DNA of 36,876 nucleotides, taken from positions 1 to 36,876 of IMG/VR virus record IMGVR_UViG_3300010214_000050. The stretch is one strand, 5' to 3'. The notes beneath the pieces are model-generated. The model was not told the DNA's origin and ran no database searches. It saw only the letters and a program-made list of their open reading frames with translations. Position numbers and translations under genes: made by a program. The DNA comes from a virus. Lineage: Duplodnaviria; Caudoviricetes. Each line of letters starts with the position of its first letter. Positions within the stretch are counted from its first letter, which is position 1. Of this stretch, positions 1 to 8,207 are shown piece after piece.

Positions 1-636
1 TCACTGACCGAACGCACCTCGTAGAAATCGGTCAACCACATCCATGATTGAGGTCTCGGCCTCGGGTTGCAGTATAGGAGCCTCGGGCGGCCCGCTGAAA
101 GGTAGATACGGTCGAGCTGGGATCTTGATGGTGAACTCGCCGACCTCATGCCAACTCTCCCGCGCCCGCTTGTGGCTATCTCGGGCAAAGACTGCCAAGT
201 TGGGATTTCCGGCCTGGCGCAGCAGATTGCCCTTGGCATCCGTGCGCAGCCGCACCTTGGTCGAATAGGCCGCCCGCTTGATCTCGCCACCAAACTGCTG
301 GATGGCCGCATAGTCTGAGGCCGCGCCGCCAGCTGCAATCAAGGCAAAGTCGGCGCCAAAATCGGACGTGACGCTGGCGGCCAAAATGCCGCTGTCCTGC
401 AGCATCATCAGCGTGGAGCTGCCCTTATTACGGCGCGTGCGCTCCTGAATAGTGGACTTGGCCAGCGGGGCCCAATGGGGCCGTCCTTGGGCCTCAAAGT
501 TGCCCTCCGTCACACTCTCCAGGCTCTGCGCGATACCCCGGTAAAGGTCAGTCGGGCTGTCCAGGACCGCAGCAGCTCGATCCAGCCGGCGAACGGCATC
601 GCCGATATCAATGACGATGTCGATTAGGCCGCTCAT
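1..636 (-). CDS. Mu gpG-like virion morphogenesis / tail completion protein
   Basis: Motifs NFEAQGRPHWAPL, LQDSGILAAS, YAAIQQFGG, IPARPYLP; lies directly after the F gene. Confidence 0.9.
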   Translation of the reverse strand: MSGLIDIVIDIGDAVRRLDRAAAVLDSPTDLYRGIAQSLESVTEGNFEAQGRPHWAPLAKSTIQERTRRNKGSSTLMMLQDSGILAASVTSDFGADFALIAAGGAASDYAAIQQFGGEIKRAAYSTKVRLRTDAKGNLLRQAGNPNLAVFARDSHKRARESWHEVGEFTIKIPARPYLPFSGPPEAPILQPEAETSIMDVVDRFLRGAFGQ

Positions 637-1826
637 AGCGCTGCAGCGATATCGGCGTCGGCCATGGCCTGCTCCAAGGTGAGCCTCTCCACGCTGACCA
701 CTGCCAGGTTTTCGCCAGAAGCCTGGGCCCGAACAACCGCAACCGTCTCACCCTGGCGCAACACGTAGATCAGCTGGCCGGCGCTGCGCACCAGAATGCC
801 TTGCTCGATCACTAGCTGCGCACCCGCATAGTCAACAGAGGCAGATCCTGCAGCCCGCACAACGGCGCTGGCCAGCGTGCCAATACGTGAGGCAGCCCCA
901 ATGGATTCAGCATCTGCAGGTGGAACAGACACAAGTGGCCAGGCACCCGTGGGGGCCTGCAACCATTGACCAAACTGCGGCTGGCCCGCCATATCACGCA
1001 CTGCAGCCTGGCTGATGGCAGGGGCTGCCTGTTCCAGCTTGCCAGCCATGACGCGGTCCAGATTGGCCTGAGACGCCACGCCTGGGTTGTAGTCCCAGCC
1101 CGGATCTGGCCGGAATGTGCGTGGCTGGCCGCGTTCGTCGATGTAGCGAACGACTTGCACGTCCATCGTGTCGCCGTCCTTATTGATCGGCACTCGGATC
1201 GTGCTGATTGCCTCGCTGCCATCTTCAAGTGGCACGCCCAGCGCCTGGAACTCGGCTTCTGTCAGCGCCTGGACGCGGCACCGGCATCCCCAGCCGTTGG
1301 GCGGCCAGATCACTTGCCAGATCGGATCGTCCCAGCGCCACACCTTGCCATGCAGCGCGCGATGGGCGGGCCGCGTGCGGCCGTCCAAGATGGCCACATA
1401 GCGCCAGTACGGCCGGTTTTCCACATCGGCCAGATACCGCTTGTAGCGCCCAGCCATATAAGCCGTCTGAACGTTGGTCTGGAAGATGGTACGCAGGCGC
1501 CGGTTGCTGCCTAACTGTGCCGTGGTCAGCTCGCCAGTCTCGCCGTCCAGCACTTCCTGGCGCCCCCACCAGCCCAAATCCTGCAGCCTCGGGCGTAAAG
1601 TTTTCTTGAAGGCCTCGAAGGTCTGACCTTCGCCAATGGCCTTCTTGATCTCGGCGTGAATCGCAGACAGTACATCCAGCGTAGTGGCCTTGGCGACCGT
1701 GAACTCCGCAGCATGTGCCTCTCGCGTCATATCCGTCCAGGACCAAGTCACCTGCAGCCCTTTGGCGCGGAAGTACTCCGTTGCGTCGGCCGGCTGAAGT
1801 TTCAGATTGGCAGCAATGGTCGCCAT
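633..1826 (-). CDS. MuF (gp30) minor head protein with C-terminal extension
   Basis: RLRTIFQTNVQTAYMAGR, YWRYVAILDGRTRPAH, PPNGWGCRC, PDPGWDYNPG; follows the portal gene. Confidence 0.93.
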   Translation of the reverse strand: MATIAANLKLQPADATEYFRAKGLQVTWSWTDMTREAHAAEFTVAKATTLDVLSAIHAEIKKAIGEGQTFEAFKKTLRPRLQDLGWWGRQEVLDGETGELTTAQLGSNRRLRTIFQTNVQTAYMAGRYKRYLADVENRPYWRYVAILDGRTRPAHRALHGKVWRWDDPIWQVIWPPNGWGCRCRVQALTEAEFQALGVPLEDGSEAISTIRVPINKDGDTMDVQVVRYIDERGQPRTFRPDPGWDYNPGVASQANLDRVMAGKLEQAAPAISQAAVRDMAGQPQFGQWLQAPTGAWPLVSVPPADAESIGAASRIGTLASAVVRAAGSASVDYAGAQLVIEQGILVRSAGQLIYVLRQGETVAVVRAQASGENLAVVSVERLTLEQAMADADIAAAL

Positions 1827-1834
1827 GGCGTCCC

Positions 1835-3364
1835 CTATGCCTCGACGGCTCGGCCGTAGGCCTGGCCGCCAAAGATCGCCGATGCGACCAGAGATTGCAG
1901 TTTGGCGCTGTCCATCTTCGGAAAGGCCTTTTGCACCACGGCCAGGGCATCCTCAAAGTTATCCGTCGCCTCAATGGCTTCAAACAGCGGATCCAGCAGG
2001 CCTCGCATGGCATCCTGCAGCTCGGCATCGCCAATGGATGCCAGCGCCTGGTCGATGGCATCCTGGCCTTGAACGCCGCTTGCCTCGGCAAAAGTGGGGC
2101 TTGCAGGACTGGCATTGGGCGTGGCCGGATCTGTGGCTGGCGCGCCTTGTTTCTTGGTCCAGCCGTCGCCATAGCGCTCCTGGATGTAAGCCTCCGATGC
2201 CTCAAAGCCCAGGTCCGCCACGTTCTTGTCGGTTTCCGACTGCGCCTTGGTATCTTCATCGGCCTTGATCTGACGATATACCTTGCAGGGCTCCAGGCCG
2301 TTGAAGTAGCAGATGTGGTCGAGGAGCTGCTCCTTCAGCGTTTCTGTCAGCAGATCGCTGTCGCCCTTGGTCAGGCCCAGGCGGACCGACTCACGCTCCT
2401 TTGCTGCAGCGGCCACTGCACCACCGGCCTTGCCGCGTGGGGACTCGCCGGTCCAGACAGCCGCAATCCAGTCGTCCATGTACTCGGCCAGCTCACGTTC
2501 TGAGCTGATGCTGCCACTGGATGCCATCTTCGACTCAAGCAGTGTGATGTCCATCCCTTGGGGCGTCATCAGCACGCCATCGCTGCTCAAAGCTCGCAAG
2601 GCAGAGAACAGCGTGCCTTTATCAGCGGGCCCTGCATTGTTCGGGTATTTGCCCCATGGCACAGGAGAGCCCGAACGCGCCAAGCGCTTGTTCCAGGCCA
2701 CGATACCGGCTCGCTTGAAAAACACCGGCCAGTAAGTCTGCAGGCCCAACCCCATGCCGTAAGGGTTGTCATCCTGCGGATTGACCCGATGAACGATGAA
2801 TTTTCGATCCGGCAATGCGCGACCGCGCAGCATGTCTTCCCGCGTCAGCATCCGCAGCTCTGGGGGGCGCTCTGCTGTGTCCTGAATGTAAGTAAAGCGC
2901 CGTTGAGCCCGCTGGGCAAAGCGTTTGGGCACCCACATGCCATCTGACACCGTCCACATGGTCTCGCTGATTTCCATGCCGGTGAGCAATGCGTCCATCA
3001 GCTGCTTGCACAGATTGTCAAAGCCGCAGCCATCCAGAATGTCGTGCATCGTGCGGGCATCAGCATCGGCCTTGGTGGACGATGTAATGGGCGTCACGGT
3101 CCAGTCATAGCCAACCAGTGCCAACTGGCGCTTTTGCAGGGAAGAGAACACCTTGCCGTCACGCTTCAGGTCGCGGTAAATCTCGATACTGCCCTGACCA
3201 CGCTCCAGCAGCAGTGGGTCATTGGTGCGCAGTACACCAAGGTAACTGGACTCAAAAGGGTCCACCAGACGGTTGGCAATCTCAGTTTCCAGCTCCTGCC
3301 GTGTCACATAGCTGTTCACGTCAGGTGTTGGGCGGGACGCCCTGCGACCGATACGTTTAACCAT
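1835..3364 (-). CDS. Portal protein (Mu gp29 / DUF935 family)
   Basis: 509 aa between terL and F; motifs DGKVFSSLQKRQLAL, NPYGMGLG, YWPVFFKR, PVPWGKYP. Confidence 0.92.
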   Translation of the reverse strand: MVKRIGRRASRPTPDVNSYVTRQELETEIANRLVDPFESSYLGVLRTNDPLLLERGQGSIEIYRDLKRDGKVFSSLQKRQLALVGYDWTVTPITSSTKADADARTMHDILDGCGFDNLCKQLMDALLTGMEISETMWTVSDGMWVPKRFAQRAQRRFTYIQDTAERPPELRMLTREDMLRGRALPDRKFIVHRVNPQDDNPYGMGLGLQTYWPVFFKRAGIVAWNKRLARSGSPVPWGKYPNNAGPADKGTLFSALRALSSDGVLMTPQGMDITLLESKMASSGSISSERELAEYMDDWIAAVWTGESPRGKAGGAVAAAAKERESVRLGLTKGDSDLLTETLKEQLLDHICYFNGLEPCKVYRQIKADEDTKAQSETDKNVADLGFEASEAYIQERYGDGWTKKQGAPATDPATPNASPASPTFAEASGVQGQDAIDQALASIGDAELQDAMRGLLDPLFEAIEATDNFEDALAVVQKAFPKMDSAKLQSLVASAIFGGQAYGRAVEA

Positions 3365-4769
3365 ACATAAATCCGTTCATTTCTTGAGTGCCCGCTAGCG
3401 GACCGCTGCTGGTGTATTCAAAAGGTGCTGCAGGTGAATTGCCCGCGTGCAAGGCCAGCGCCAAAGCCCAAAATCGGTCGGCGTGGCCATCTGGCGTGCT
3501 TTCCGCGACGAATCGAATGTTTCCTGCTGACGTGGTGACCTTCTGCACCTTGCGCAGATCGGCCCGAACCTTTGGGTCTTCTGGTATGCGGATCTTCCGA
3601 TCCTCCATCGCCCCCTTGAGCGGATAGGCCAGTGCTTCTTTGACCTGGCCGGTGAAGCTCACGCCCTCAATGCGGTGCTCACCAAACTGGTCTTGAGCAT
3701 CGTCGGTCCAGCCGATACCAAGACCAGTGGAGTCAATACAGACACGGTCACAGATAGCGAACCATGGCCACAGGATCTTTTCCTGGTCGCTCTTGCGCAT
3801 CTTCTCCATGGTCTCGATATGGCGCGTGTAGAACACATCGCCCAACTGCTCGACCACCCACAGCACGGTCAAGTCCTTTTTGCGCCCGATATCGACGCCG
3901 CAGAACAAACGCCCCTGGAATGGTCCCTGCAGACCGCGCTTCCAGTCAGTGCCGCCAAGGTACTCGCAGGCCGTGATCAGGCCGTATTCCAGGAATTTGC
4001 TGTCGTCGTCGGCCGGAATGCACATGTATTCCTGGTCAAACGATTCAGCGTCGGCCGCGCCGTTCTTCACAAAATCGAAGTAATCGGCTTCATCCATGGC
4101 CTGTTGCTCGGCATCTGCAGGCAGAGACTGCTGCAGCTTGAACAAAAAGCCTTGCTCCAGCGCATCCTGCAGGGTGACCCGGTGCAGGCTGATTCGCTTG
4201 GGGTTGCCGCCGTGCCGTGCTTCACGCACCAGACTGTTGAAAAAGCTGTGCGAGCCCCGGTGGGTACTAATCAGCTCCATATTGCCGCCCCAGGTGATAC
4301 CGGGATAGGCGATGGCCCACAGCTTGCGCTGATCAGCATGCAACGCGAACTCGTCCAAGATACGGCTGCCGCGCTTGCCTGCCTGAGCATCCGGGTTGCT
4401 GGACATGCTGTGAATGCGTCGACCGCTGGCGAACTGCAGCACATAGGCGCTGAGCTTCTTCTCAGCATCCAGCACCACCTCACCCAGGTCCTTAGCGGCC
4501 ATGTTCATGATGCCGGCCCACAGCTTGCAATCCTCAATGAACAGGCGTGCCTGAATGTCGTCTCGGCTACTGACCCATTCATCGTGCCGAGCTCCCAAAG
4601 CTGCAGCCCGTTCATCGGCTGCATAGGCCGTGGACCAGCTGATGCCAATCTGGCGCGACTTCTCCATCAGCTTCAGACGGGATTCATCCTTGATCCAGCG
4701 CGACTGAAACGGCAGAAAGATAGCGTCCCGATCATTTGGAATGCATTTGGCGCGACCCTTGAGAATCAT
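3357..4769 (-). CDS. terL: Terminase large subunit (Mu gp28-like)
   Basis: Walker A-like EKSRQIGIS, Walker B ILDEFA, nuclease motifs GVDIGRKKD, IDSTGLG and HADRFWALALA. Confidence 0.95.
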   Translation of the reverse strand: MILKGRAKCIPNDRDAIFLPFQSRWIKDESRLKLMEKSRQIGISWSTAYAADERAAALGARHDEWVSSRDDIQARLFIEDCKLWAGIMNMAAKDLGEVVLDAEKKLSAYVLQFASGRRIHSMSSNPDAQAGKRGSRILDEFALHADQRKLWAIAYPGITWGGNMELISTHRGSHSFFNSLVREARHGGNPKRISLHRVTLQDALEQGFLFKLQQSLPADAEQQAMDEADYFDFVKNGAADAESFDQEYMCIPADDDSKFLEYGLITACEYLGGTDWKRGLQGPFQGRLFCGVDIGRKKDLTVLWVVEQLGDVFYTRHIETMEKMRKSDQEKILWPWFAICDRVCIDSTGLGIGWTDDAQDQFGEHRIEGVSFTGQVKEALAYPLKGAMEDRKIRIPEDPKVRADLRKVQKVTTSAGNIRFVAESTPDGHADRFWALALALHAGNSPAAPFEYTSSGPLAGTQEMNGFMYG

Positions 4770-5029
4770 TTCTTGATCTCCCCAGTCACCAGCATCGAAA
4801 ACATCGGCTCAAAATTTGGAATCACCAGCGATGCCGCCCAGCAGAACAGACCGAACAGCGCTTCAACGGCCCAGAAGTACCACTCAGGCACCCAATTGCG
4901 CTCCACCACCACAGGTGCATCAGAGTCAACATCAGCCAGGTACACCGGCACCAGGCCAAGAAACCAGCCGTAATGGGTGTACTTGGTGCCCAGCTCAGCA
5001 GAGGGAACAGGTTTGAGCAGGCTCATCAC
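4766..5029 (-). CDS. Hypothetical protein (87 aa, hydrophobic C-terminal half) between terS and terL
   Basis: Fills the gap exactly, with 4-nt start/stop overlaps on both sides. Confidence 0.75.
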   Translation of the reverse strand: MMSLLKPVPSAELGTKYTHYGWFLGLVPVYLADVDSDAPVVVERNWVPEWYFWAVEALFGLFCWAASLVIPNFEPMFSMLVTGEIKK

Positions 5030-5568
5030 CGAATCCCCAATGCTTCGCGGATGGCCAGGCGTGTCTCGGGTGTCACGCCACCCTTGTTGCCCAGGGCATC
5101 CAGTTGGGCCTTCTGCTCCTCCAGCAGCTCACGGCGGGCCTCTTCCTTGATCGCCGCACGCGCTTCCATGCTGAAGCGCTTCTGCGACACACTGGCTTTG
5201 CCGATCTCGGCCGCATTCTTGAAGAGCTTGTTGACATCAACTTCCTCGGGGTTGATGTCCAGCTCCATCAGCAGGTTGAAAATCTTCTCCTGGGTCATGC
5301 GAATGACGGCCGCACCGAGCTTGTCTTCTTCATCTGGTGCAGCATCCACCAGGGCGCGGGCCTGTTCACCGGCCAGCTTCAGCTGGGCCAGCTTCTTCTC
5401 GAAGGGCGAACCATAGCGCTGCAGGGACGACCGGGAAACTTCGGCACCGCGGGCCTTCAGGTCTGCTGCCAGCTGCTCGTAGTCGCTGAAGCCACGGGCC
5501 ATCAGCTCGTTGTCCAGCCATTCCTTGAGGTCAGCTGGCAGAGAATGCACTTTGCTACGGGGTGGCAT
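5026..5568 (-). CDS. terS: Terminase small subunit (Mu gp27 / DUF3486 family)
   Basis: MPPRSKVHSLP...VSRSSLQRYG N-terminus, C-terminal IREALGI; upstream of terL. Confidence 0.88.
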   Translation of the reverse strand: MPPRSKVHSLPADLKEWLDNELMARGFSDYEQLAADLKARGAEVSRSSLQRYGSPFEKKLAQLKLAGEQARALVDAAPDEEDKLGAAVIRMTQEKIFNLLMELDINPEEVDVNKLFKNAAEIGKASVSQKRFSMEARAAIKEEARRELLEEQKAQLDALGNKGGVTPETRLAIREALGIR

Positions 5569-5571
5569 AGG

Positions 5572-5889
5572 TCAGCCCTGCGTGATCGTGGGGCGAGCAA
5601 TGCCTGGCTGCGCGTCGATGGTGTATTCCACGTAGTCAATGCCGCAACGGTTCAGTTCCACAAACCAGCGGTCGATGGGATCGCGTTGGATCTTGCACAG
5701 CTCGCGTTCTTCCAGATAGTCCAGCTCGCGGCGCACCTCCTGGTGCGTGGCATCGGGATACACCGACTGGATGATGGGCAGCAATGCCTCGGTGTAGATA
5801 CCCACGGGACGAGACACATTGATGGCCGACAGCAAGTGCCAGCGGATGGCTTCACGGCGAGCCTTCAGAATGGCAGGCTGGTAGTTCAT
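5572..5889 (-). CDS. Mu gp26-like winged-helix protein
   Basis: RREAIRWHLL...VRRELDYLEERELC...GIDYVE...PGIARP; sits at the gp26 position before terS. Confidence 0.8.
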   Translation of the reverse strand: MNYQPAILKARREAIRWHLLSAINVSRPVGIYTEALLPIIQSVYPDATHQEVRRELDYLEERELCKIQRDPIDRWFVELNRCGIDYVEYTIDAQPGIARPTITQG

Positions 5890-6236
5890 TGGTTTTTCCC
5901 TCCTGGGAGATTGCGCACTGCGGCCTCAATGCGCAGCGCAAAGTTATCGATGCGGGTATTGATCGTGGCGATCACCTGGACAAAGTCATCCCGGCGCACA
6001 TAGTCCCTGGCCACCTCGGCCTGGAACCGCAACTGCGAGAGCTCAAGAGAGCGGATCTGTTCAGACTCCTTGCTGACAGCCCTGGTCAGGTCAATCAGTG
6101 ACTTTTGCAACTGGTCAAACTTCTCGTCCGAGCGTCTCTGCGCCTGCACTGCAATGGCTTTCAAGATCGCCCACATGGCCATGCAAAACAAGCTCATGAC
6201 CGTCAGCACATTGGTCAACGTCAGCTCAAAAACCAT
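5886..6236 (-). CDS. Single-TM coiled-coil membrane protein at the Mu gp25 (releasin) position
   Basis: AGGAGG RBS before ATG 6236; N-terminal hydrophobic helix, then coiled coil with DYVRRDD. Confidence 0.7.
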   Translation of the reverse strand: MVFELTLTNVLTVMSLFCMAMWAILKAIAVQAQRRSDEKFDQLQKSLIDLTRAVSKESEQIRSLELSQLRFQAEVARDYVRRDDFVQVIATINTRIDNFALRIEAAVRNLPGGKNQ

Positions 6237-6777
6237 CAGTGCCTCCTGCCTGGCCTTGCTTGGTGACCGAGCGCACATAGTCCTGCAGGCCAGTCACTTG
6301 ACCTGAGAGCCGGTCAGCCACGCCTCCCAGCGCTGTGTATCGGCTGCTGCACTCTCCGAGTGCTGTGCGGGCGGCGGTTGCTCCATCAATGTCGCTGGCG
6401 GTGCAGGATTGCGGGCGGGTATCGGACAGCTTTGCAGCGGCTGCGTTGGCGTTGAGCTGGGCGATAGTGGTGAGCAGGCTGCGATTGCGAGCAGTGGCAG
6501 TATCCAGAGCAGTGCGCGCAGCCTGCTCACGTTGGGCTTGTTCATGGGCGATCCTTTCAGCTTCTTTTTGCTTGGCCTGTTCCAGGTCGCGCTCGGAGGC
6601 TTCGGCTGCAGCACGCTGTTGAGCCTCTGCTTCCCGGCGCTGGGCCTTTGCCAGGTCCCAGGCCTTCTGCACGCGCTGCGCTCCTTGAGCGTCTCCTTGC
6701 GCAATCAAGTGGGCATTCCAGGCACGAACGCCCAGCACGGTCGCCAATGTCACCAGCACGATGAGCGCTGTTTTCAT
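6226..6777 (-). CDS. Rz-like inner-membrane spanin
   Basis: ATG 6777 overlaps the upstream stop (ATGA); N-terminal TM MKTALIVLVTLATVLGV, long coiled coil, C-terminal GLQDYV. Confidence 0.85.
   Translation of the reverse strand: MKTALIVLVTLATVLGVRAWNAHLIAQGDAQGAQRVQKAWDLAKAQRREAEAQQRAAAEASERDLEQAKQKEAERIAHEQAQREQAARTALDTATARNRSLLTTIAQLNANAAAAKLSDTRPQSCTASDIDGATAARTALGECSSRYTALGGVADRLSGQVTGLQDYVRSVTKQGQAGGTDGF
6294..6545 (-). CDS. Rz1-like outer-membrane lipoprotein spanin embedded in Rz in another frame
   Basis: AAAGGA RBS before ATG 6545; signal peptide with lipobox LAIAAC; Pro-rich mature part. Confidence 0.85.
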   Translation of the reverse strand: MNKPNVSRLRALLWILPLLAIAACSPLSPSSTPTQPLQSCPIPARNPAPPATLMEQPPPAQHSESAAADTQRWEAWLTGSQVK

Positions 6778-6998
6778 GGCGTTCCTCCTATCTGCCGAAT
6801 GCTGCCTAGGTAGACCAGATTGCGCCAATACGGCAGCTTGCTGCGACCCGGTGCATGGAACTCATAGCGGCGTCCGTCCCGAGTCCAGATGCAATGCCAG
6901 CGGCGTGTAGATGTGCGCACGAAATGGATGCGTGTCCGAGCAGGATTTCGTAGCCAGGCCACCAGTGCAGAGACGATGCAGTTGCTTGGGAATCTCAT
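6774..6998 (-). CDS. Small basic hypothetical protein (74 aa) between endolysin and spanin
   Basis: ATGA overlaps with both neighbours (ATG 6998 with the endolysin stop; own stop with ATG 6777). Confidence 0.7.
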   Translation of the reverse strand: MRFPSNCIVSALVAWLRNPARTRIHFVRTSTRRWHCIWTRDGRRYEFHAPGRSKLPYWRNLVYLGSIRQIGGTP

Positions 6999-7537
6999 GG
7001 CATGGCCTCCCCCAGGCACATGGCACGCAATGCCTTGCGATCTGTCCAGACGCCCCTGCAGGTGCGGTTGTCAGGGTGGCTGCAGCGATCCTGGGGCTTG
7101 TTTACCGGCCCAGCGCGGTCATAGAGCAATATGGCCTCACAGGCGCCTGGGTAGTCGCCCGCCTGCAGACGGCGGGCAATCGTGCTGGGTCCATTGCGCT
7201 CGTTGTTCCAGCACACAGCAGCCGCCCCTGTGTTGTAGGCCAGGCCCACAAAGGCATCAAACTCGCGCTGATGCATGGGCACGGTCAGGCAGCGTTTGAC
7301 GGCCAGCTCGTATTCAGAGGCATCGGCCCGCAAGCGCACAAGGGCACGAACCGGCGCCATGGTGTCGCCCATCTTCACACCCTGAGTCGTGCCAAAGCCT
7401 ACTGTCGGCACTTTGGTGCCATGCACAGGGTCTGGGTAGGCTTTTTCGACATAGCCCTCGCGCTGGGCTATGTAGGTAAACCCGGTGGCAGATAGCACCA
7501 GGGCAACGATTCCAATTCGAGCGCTATCAATCGCCAT
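6995..7537 (-). CDS. Endolysin, GH24 lysozyme with probable SAR N-terminus
   Basis: E-x8-D...T catalytic pattern (EGYVEKAYPDPVHGTKVPTVGFG), FDAFVGLAYNTG; weakly hydrophobic Gly/Ala-rich N-terminal segment IGIVALVLSATGFTYIA. Confidence 0.92.
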   Translation of the reverse strand: MAIDSARIGIVALVLSATGFTYIAQREGYVEKAYPDPVHGTKVPTVGFGTTQGVKMGDTMAPVRALVRLRADASEYELAVKRCLTVPMHQREFDAFVGLAYNTGAAAVCWNNERNGPSTIARRLQAGDYPGACEAILLYDRAGPVNKPQDRCSHPDNRTCRGVWTDRKALRAMCLGEAMP

Positions 7538-7589
7538 AAGCCCCCCTTGCGCCGAGAGGGCTCTTGCTGGCCATGGTTGGATAAGTCAT
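7527..7589 (-). CDS. Putative 20-aa leader peptide MTYPTMASKSPLGARGAYGD overlapping the endolysin RBS and start
   Basis: Its ATG sits at the same distance from the late-promoter palindrome as the ATGs of the protease and tape-measure genes. Confidence 0.45.
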   Translation of the reverse strand: MTYPTMASKSPLGARGAYGD

Positions 7590-7641
7590 GCACGGCAGGA
7601 TGCCGCGCAGGTCGACCTGGAGTTGAGTAAAGCGCTTTACT
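7589..7641 (-). promoter_or_regulatory. Late promoter 1 (lysis/packaging operon), probable Mor/C-family activator site
   Basis: Perfect palindrome AGTAAAGCGCTTTACT (7626-7641), 23 nt, -10-like CATCCT (7602-7597), 7 nt, ATG. Confidence 0.75.
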
Positions 7642-7661
7642 TATTGTCGTGCACTCGCCGA

Positions 7662-8171
7662 TCAATCCACATTGGGGTCAACTGGAGGGGAAAGGTTGTA
7701 GCTCAATTTGACCTCAAGATTACGGACTTCGGTATTGAGCTGTTGAATTCGCTGGCGGAGATATCCAGAATTCGTGCCCTTTGGGTTTGCCAGCAGCATC
7801 TCTCGTGCTTGACTTCTTTCTTCGCGAGCGTCTGCCCAGTCTTTTTCAAGTTGCTTCCAGGTTGCTTCTGTCTGTGGACCAATACCCTCAGAAACGGTGG
7901 AAGCCTCATAGCCCTGCACTCGCATACAAAGCACCATCAGATCAAAACGCCGCTGCTTTTGGTCAACGCCACGCCATATTGATGCCACTGTGTAATCGGG
8001 TGTTTGCGTCGCAGAAGTCGTCTCATACTCGCAGCGCGCAATTGCTTGATCGGCAGGGGCCGCATCAGCACGAGAGGGCTTCCAAGTGCGTACTGGACTA
8101 TTGGCAGCACAGCCGGCGACTGCTGCAACGAAAAGAGCGCCTGCAACCGCTGAAATAGATTTTTTTTGCAT
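7662..8171 (-). CDS. Accessory lipoprotein of unknown function
   Basis: Signal peptide MQKKSISAVAGALFVAAVAGC with lipobox; CAGGA RBS; lower GC than flanking genes by eye. Confidence 0.8.
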   Translation of the reverse strand: MQKKSISAVAGALFVAAVAGCAANSPVRTWKPSRADAAPADQAIARCEYETTSATQTPDYTVASIWRGVDQKQRRFDLMVLCMRVQGYEASTVSEGIGPQTEATWKQLEKDWADAREERSQAREMLLANPKGTNSGYLRQRIQQLNTEVRNLEVKLSYNLSPPVDPNVD

Positions 8172-8207
8172 GGACTTTTCCTGGAGTTGAGCACTTCACC
8201 GCTCTTA

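Noticed and set aside
1225-2259. 344-aa alternative-frame ORF across the portal/F junction
   Set aside because: Arg/Pro-rich off-frame read of two well-supported genes.
3675-4973. 432-aa plus-strand ORF
   Set aside because: Antisense shadow of terL, expected in high-GC DNA; no motifs.
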